From: Anthoceros angustus
Taxonomy: Eukaryota > Plantae > Anthocerotophyta
Length of the DNA stretch: 64,000 nucleotides
Assembly (NCBI GenBank): GCA_010909165.1
Contig: MU008172.1
Coordinates: 992,001-1,056,000 of the forward strand
Direction of reading: 5' to 3'
Part shown: in pieces, positions 59,921 to 64,000 of the stretch
How the letters are laid out: every line of letters starts with the position of its first letter
Position numbering within the stretch: the stretch's first letter is position 1
Position numbers and translations under genes: made by a program
Notes under the pieces: model-generated
The model's input: the letters and a program-made list of their open reading frames with translations, nothing else
The model's database searches: none
Told to the model about the DNA's origin: nothing

Positions 59921-61900
59921 CTAAGGAAGAAGAGAGCACAATTCCATCATGGCAACAAGCTCCTCAAGGGAAAACCTTAGTCGAGGTAAGGTGCCTAGTT
60001 TGAGGCATTTGTGTGCAATGCCTCTGAACTTGAACTCTTGAAAGCCATTTTTAACAAAGGCTTTGATTAATTCCAAAAGTTTCTTGTAGGCTAGAGGGGT
60101 TCACTAGACACATAGAGGATAGGTAATACTTGGGAGACAATCACATTGTAGGCTTGCTTGATAGGCCTATTGGAGGATAGGTGAATAAATTGAGCATATT
60201 CAAATGGAAGAGCTCTTCTCCTATCGAACTTAAAAGTTCGAAAAGTGCCCAAAACGGGACAAGTGATCTCAATCTGCATCTTAAGAAAATGAGCAGATTT
60301 GCCAAGGGTAATGCCTTTGTCATTGATGTAGGTCTCATTGATTTTTTCTTGAATTTCCATATTATGTAGTGGGTAAATCCAAAAGGGATTATCAGGAGTT
60401 TGGGGAGCACATGGGTCTAGGAAGGAATCTGCAATAGGGCAATTGAGCTAGCAAATATCATCCATATATCTTCTTGCATGTTTATATATCTTCTTGCATG
60501 TTTGAAGTGCATCATGAGGTCAATCCGTCCTAAACGAGCTAATCGTTGGATGAACTTACACTCGTAAGAGAAGCAGTAGAGATTACACCATAGAGGTGAG
60601 CATGAAAAGCCCATGGGAATACCAGATTGTTGTCTCCATACTCGATCTCCTAATTGTACATCACAATTTTGCATTAACCAAGTATGAAGAGAGAGAGTCT
60701 TTCATATGGTAGTGCAATCCATGTACCAGGTGCGGGTGTGGTATGGGAACATTTCAGTCCACAAATTCCTTATGGGGGAATATTTAATCCATAGAATTTT
60801 CTCTATTTTTTTCTCCTTATTGATATATTTGAAGGCTTTTTTGAGGGAAAAAGCCATAGCTTCTGTAAGAAAATCAGGCCCATGTGTTGGGATATTCTTA
60901 TAGCACCTCGTAATATCTGCCACAAAGATGGAGTGAATTCTGAGGGATATCGACAGCCACTTGGATAACAGAGCTAGTTATCCAAGACACGGACGTGCCA
61001 ACCTTAACAAATTCTTATAGCTCTCGTCGTGAAGGTCCAAAGACCAGTCCCTCAGAACCTATGTTTACCCTTGTGTTGCTTAAAATTGCACATTAAGTAT
61101 AGTAAACGTTCCATAGGATCTACTAGAAATCCATTCCGGATTAGCCCTAGGAACAAAGTCAGCACTTCCAAGTATTTGAAGAGCCATTTTCCTAACATGG
61201 AAAATGCACTCAAAATGAAGAGTGCTGCAAGCTTTGTCAAGGCCAGACATGTAGACATGCTCCGCAAGCCATGAGAGTTCTTCTCTAATTGACCTATCTT
61301 CAAAGCTAAGGACATTCTGGTTTTGCCACAATATCTTTCTCTTGTTGGACCTAAGTAAGAGTAGGGATCTATTCTTCAACCAGCGTTTCACCACCAAAAC
61401 ATTGTCTACATCAAGGTTACAGCCAGAACTGAGAAAAATGTCTATGAGCTCAGCAAAGCCATCCAAAATTGTAGAAATAGCTGCATCTCTATCACATGCG
61501 GCAAGTGGAAGTTGGTTGAGGCCCATTGCAAGCTGTTTTCTCAGGCCAGAACGCCTGATTAGAGCACAACTAGCTGTCCTCACATGGCAACATTATACAG
61601 GAATTTTGGGGTCAGTAGTGTTAGAATCAATGATGGGCTGTAACCTCTTGCTGTATGGGCGCACGCAAGGGTAAATGGGCAAACTCCTAGAACATTCAAA
61701 GCAAAAATTCACAAACACTTGCGAAGGTTTGTTATTCACGCATAAGAGGTTTAAATCTCCAACCAAAAACCACCTCCTGAGCCACCACAAGACAAGACTT
61801 GTCAATAAGCATTGAAGTGGCTTTTAGCAGCAAGTCCTTGACATGCAAATCATCAAGTAGCCGGTTCTCATAGAAAATAGGGACATAGACATTGCAAGCG
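59921..61900 (-). mobile_element. Decayed Penelope-like retroelement reverse transcriptase (Naiad/Chlamys-like pattern)
   Basis: LRKQLAMGLN, LAEHVYMSGLDKACSTLHFEC, ADITRCYKNIP, QQSGIPMGFSCSPLWCNLYCFSYE, RRYI(DD site disrupted by a short duplication), FDRRRALPF...SSNRP...YNVIVSQ and NGFQ. No C-terminal GIY-YIG seen. Confidence 0.8.
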
Positions 61901-63990
61901 GAAATTTTCAGCTTTCGATGTGGAATTCAGATCTGTCCAGAGCAAGGACACGGTCATCCAATGGTAATGGGCCTGGAACAGGCATGCACAAGAGTTAGAG
62001 AAACCAAAACAACAGCCAAGTAGAAAGGTAAGACTAACGACATTCAAAGGAATTGAGTCACCAAAGTTTGGTGGCTCTAGCAGCACTAGATCCATTGGTA
62101 GGCGGGCGTGCAGATGAGGATGCTCAAGACGCTGGAGTAACTTGAATCCGTGGGCCAGCAGGGTTGCTATTTCCAGGGGAGCTGAAACTGGAGGTGGATG
62201 TACTTCCGGAAGGCAAATGCTGTTGGCTGCATTCAGAATGACCGGAAAAGGATAACTAGCGCTGGTTATAATAGGGGCCAGCAAACTTGTTGGAAAACGT
62301 GTTTCGTACCATGGGGCCACCTTGCCGGTTACCACGAGTACCACGAATGAGTAAAGTCTCCTGTTTATCCCCTTCAGACTTTGATCTCTTTACGTAAGAA
62401 CGCTGATTGGCCCTTTGCTCCTGTTTGAGAAGGCGATCACACTCCTCAGTGAAAGAGGGTGGTTTGATCATCTTCTCGATGATAAGCTTGGCAGATCCTG
62501 GGACAGTGGCAAGGAGACGTTGCATAGGATGATCAGCAAGTTGCAAGGCAGCATCCAGCATCAAATCCCGGACCATCATGAAAGAAACAAGCGCCTTCAC
62601 ACAATCACGATTATGTCCAGCATTAAGAAAGGCAATGAAAGCCCTCCATTGGACATGAAGGCTACGGCCAGGGTAGAACTCTTCGAGATGATGAACCATG
62701 AACCACAAAGGCTGATCCAACCAGATGATACTCCCTGTACAAGTGGAACGGCCTTCACCGCTTAGCAGATCTTGGCACACACGCTTGATGTAAGGGCGTA
62801 TCCAGTTCCACCAGGCTTTCTCATGCTCCTTAAGACGCTGCCCACCTGTTTCCATACTACCTTTCACGCGGCACAAGTGTTGCTCATCAGCTTTGCACTT
62901 CGTGGGATCAAAGGAAGACTGCCGAGGACTATTGACCAAGGTTTGAAACCCTGCCCACGGCACGTTCCCCTCTCTCGCACGGTTCAGGCATTCTTCTATC
63001 TCTGCATCCAAAAAACTGCAAAGAATTTGCAGAGTTTCAATGGTGAACGGGGCTAGATAATTCAGATTCGAGCCAGTCCACATTTTGTGGCCTATGGCAG
63101 TCAAATCTTCCTCTAGGTCCCGTGGAGCCACTAAAGGAACAAGGCACTATTCGTGCGAAGACACCCTTGCAATTTGAGACAATTTCCTGGGCAGAAGCAA
63201 CAAATTCCTCAAGGAAAATCCAGTCAGTTTCGGACAACTCCTTCACAGGAAAACCAGGGTGATGAAATGCCCCTTCTTGTGTATTACAAGGCCCCGGCTC
63301 ATGGACTCCAGTAGCCACCTTGAGTGCCTTGGCAATGGAAACACGCTGAGCATCCAAACACAGCTTAGTCGTACCGTCAGCTGCCACACACTCCTCCAAC
63401 TTCTCCTCGATAAACTTCAGCAAGCTCATACCCTCTTCTGCATTCCGATTGACAGCATTCGCCAATTTACATCAGTCGTTAAAGGACAGGATGTCAAGCA
63501 GCATTGGTAGATGCCAGCCATCAACCACGGCTTCGGCAGCAGAGCTGTCATGTACTTGTACCTCCAGGTGGAAAGGCAAGTGAACAATGGAAGAAATTGC
63601 AGTTTGTGAGCGCTTGGAAGTGGCCACAAGTCCACAGTGTGTGTATCCAAGTTCAACCAAGGCAGGGAGGAATTCATGATGACCCTGTGACGCATCCAGA
63701 GCAATATTAGGAGCTGAGCACCACAACACGAAAGACTGCTGCAACATCAAAACATTCAGATTCTCACTATACATGCAAAACGTAGAAGCCGCTGCAGGTG
63801 ACCAGCCTGCAGAGGGCGATTCATAGATAGATTCGATTAGACGCGACTCAATTTCACAAAACTCCTTTGACAAGGCAGCTTCAACGTGTGCAATAGCAGA
63901 GCTGACAAAAACGTCCCAGCACTTGTTCGGAAAAGAGAATTCATGTGAGATTCCTAAACAGTCCAGGACCGCGAGGTGTGTCATCAGCAT
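61868..63990 (-). other. Chain of overlapping, frameshifted minus-strand ORFs upstream of the RT, unknown function (probably part of the element)
   Basis: ORFs 63472-63990, 63426-63704, 63037-63465, 62256-63131 and 61868-62344 abut in different frames, with no intron signals needed to join them. Confidence 0.45.
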
Positions 63991-64000
63991 TCCAGCCTGC

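Noticed and set aside
62855-62895. ctgatgag...gaaa on the minus strand within the retroelement region (possible PLE hammerhead)
   Set aside because: No stem II, and it lies inside an open reading frame (KADEQHLCRVKG).

Overview
Gene-dense nuclear DNA from a land plant. Short (about 70-110 nt) GT-AG introns, roughly 50% GC and a ciliary gene suggest a seed-free lineage with flagellated sperm; a hornwort-like genome fits best, but this is inference. About 20 host genes are recognisable: a divergent EGY-like M50 pseudoprotease, PrimPol, tRNA-Pro(CGG), EGY3, FAD2, a small membrane protein, BBOF1, RGP1, ZNHIT3, a plastid alpha/beta hydrolase, a K3 dehydrin, RAB5IF, QTRT1, the isopropylmalate dehydratase small subunit, NSUN5, an unknown coiled-coil gene, a PsbP-domain gene, MED11, BAP31, pseudouridine synthase 6 and DHAD. 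Two transposon-rich blocks (about 9.6-18 kb and 50-64 kb) interrupt them. These hold a Sola-like/DUF7869 transposase relic, a MULE relic, a TIR element with 450-bp tandem units containing TTTAGGG motifs (with an inverted sister copy 40 kb away), a legumain/VPE pseudogene and a decayed Penelope-like retroelement. The most unusual observations are a tandemly triplicated bidirectional promoter that carries both start codons of QTRT1 and LeuD, a frame break in LeuD, an intronless divergent EGY paralogue beside EGY3, tRNA-Pro 5' fragments upstream of PrimPol, and a long unassigned ORF chain upstream of the Penelope-like RT. Exon boundaries were read by eye, so spans of multi-exon genes run start to stop.
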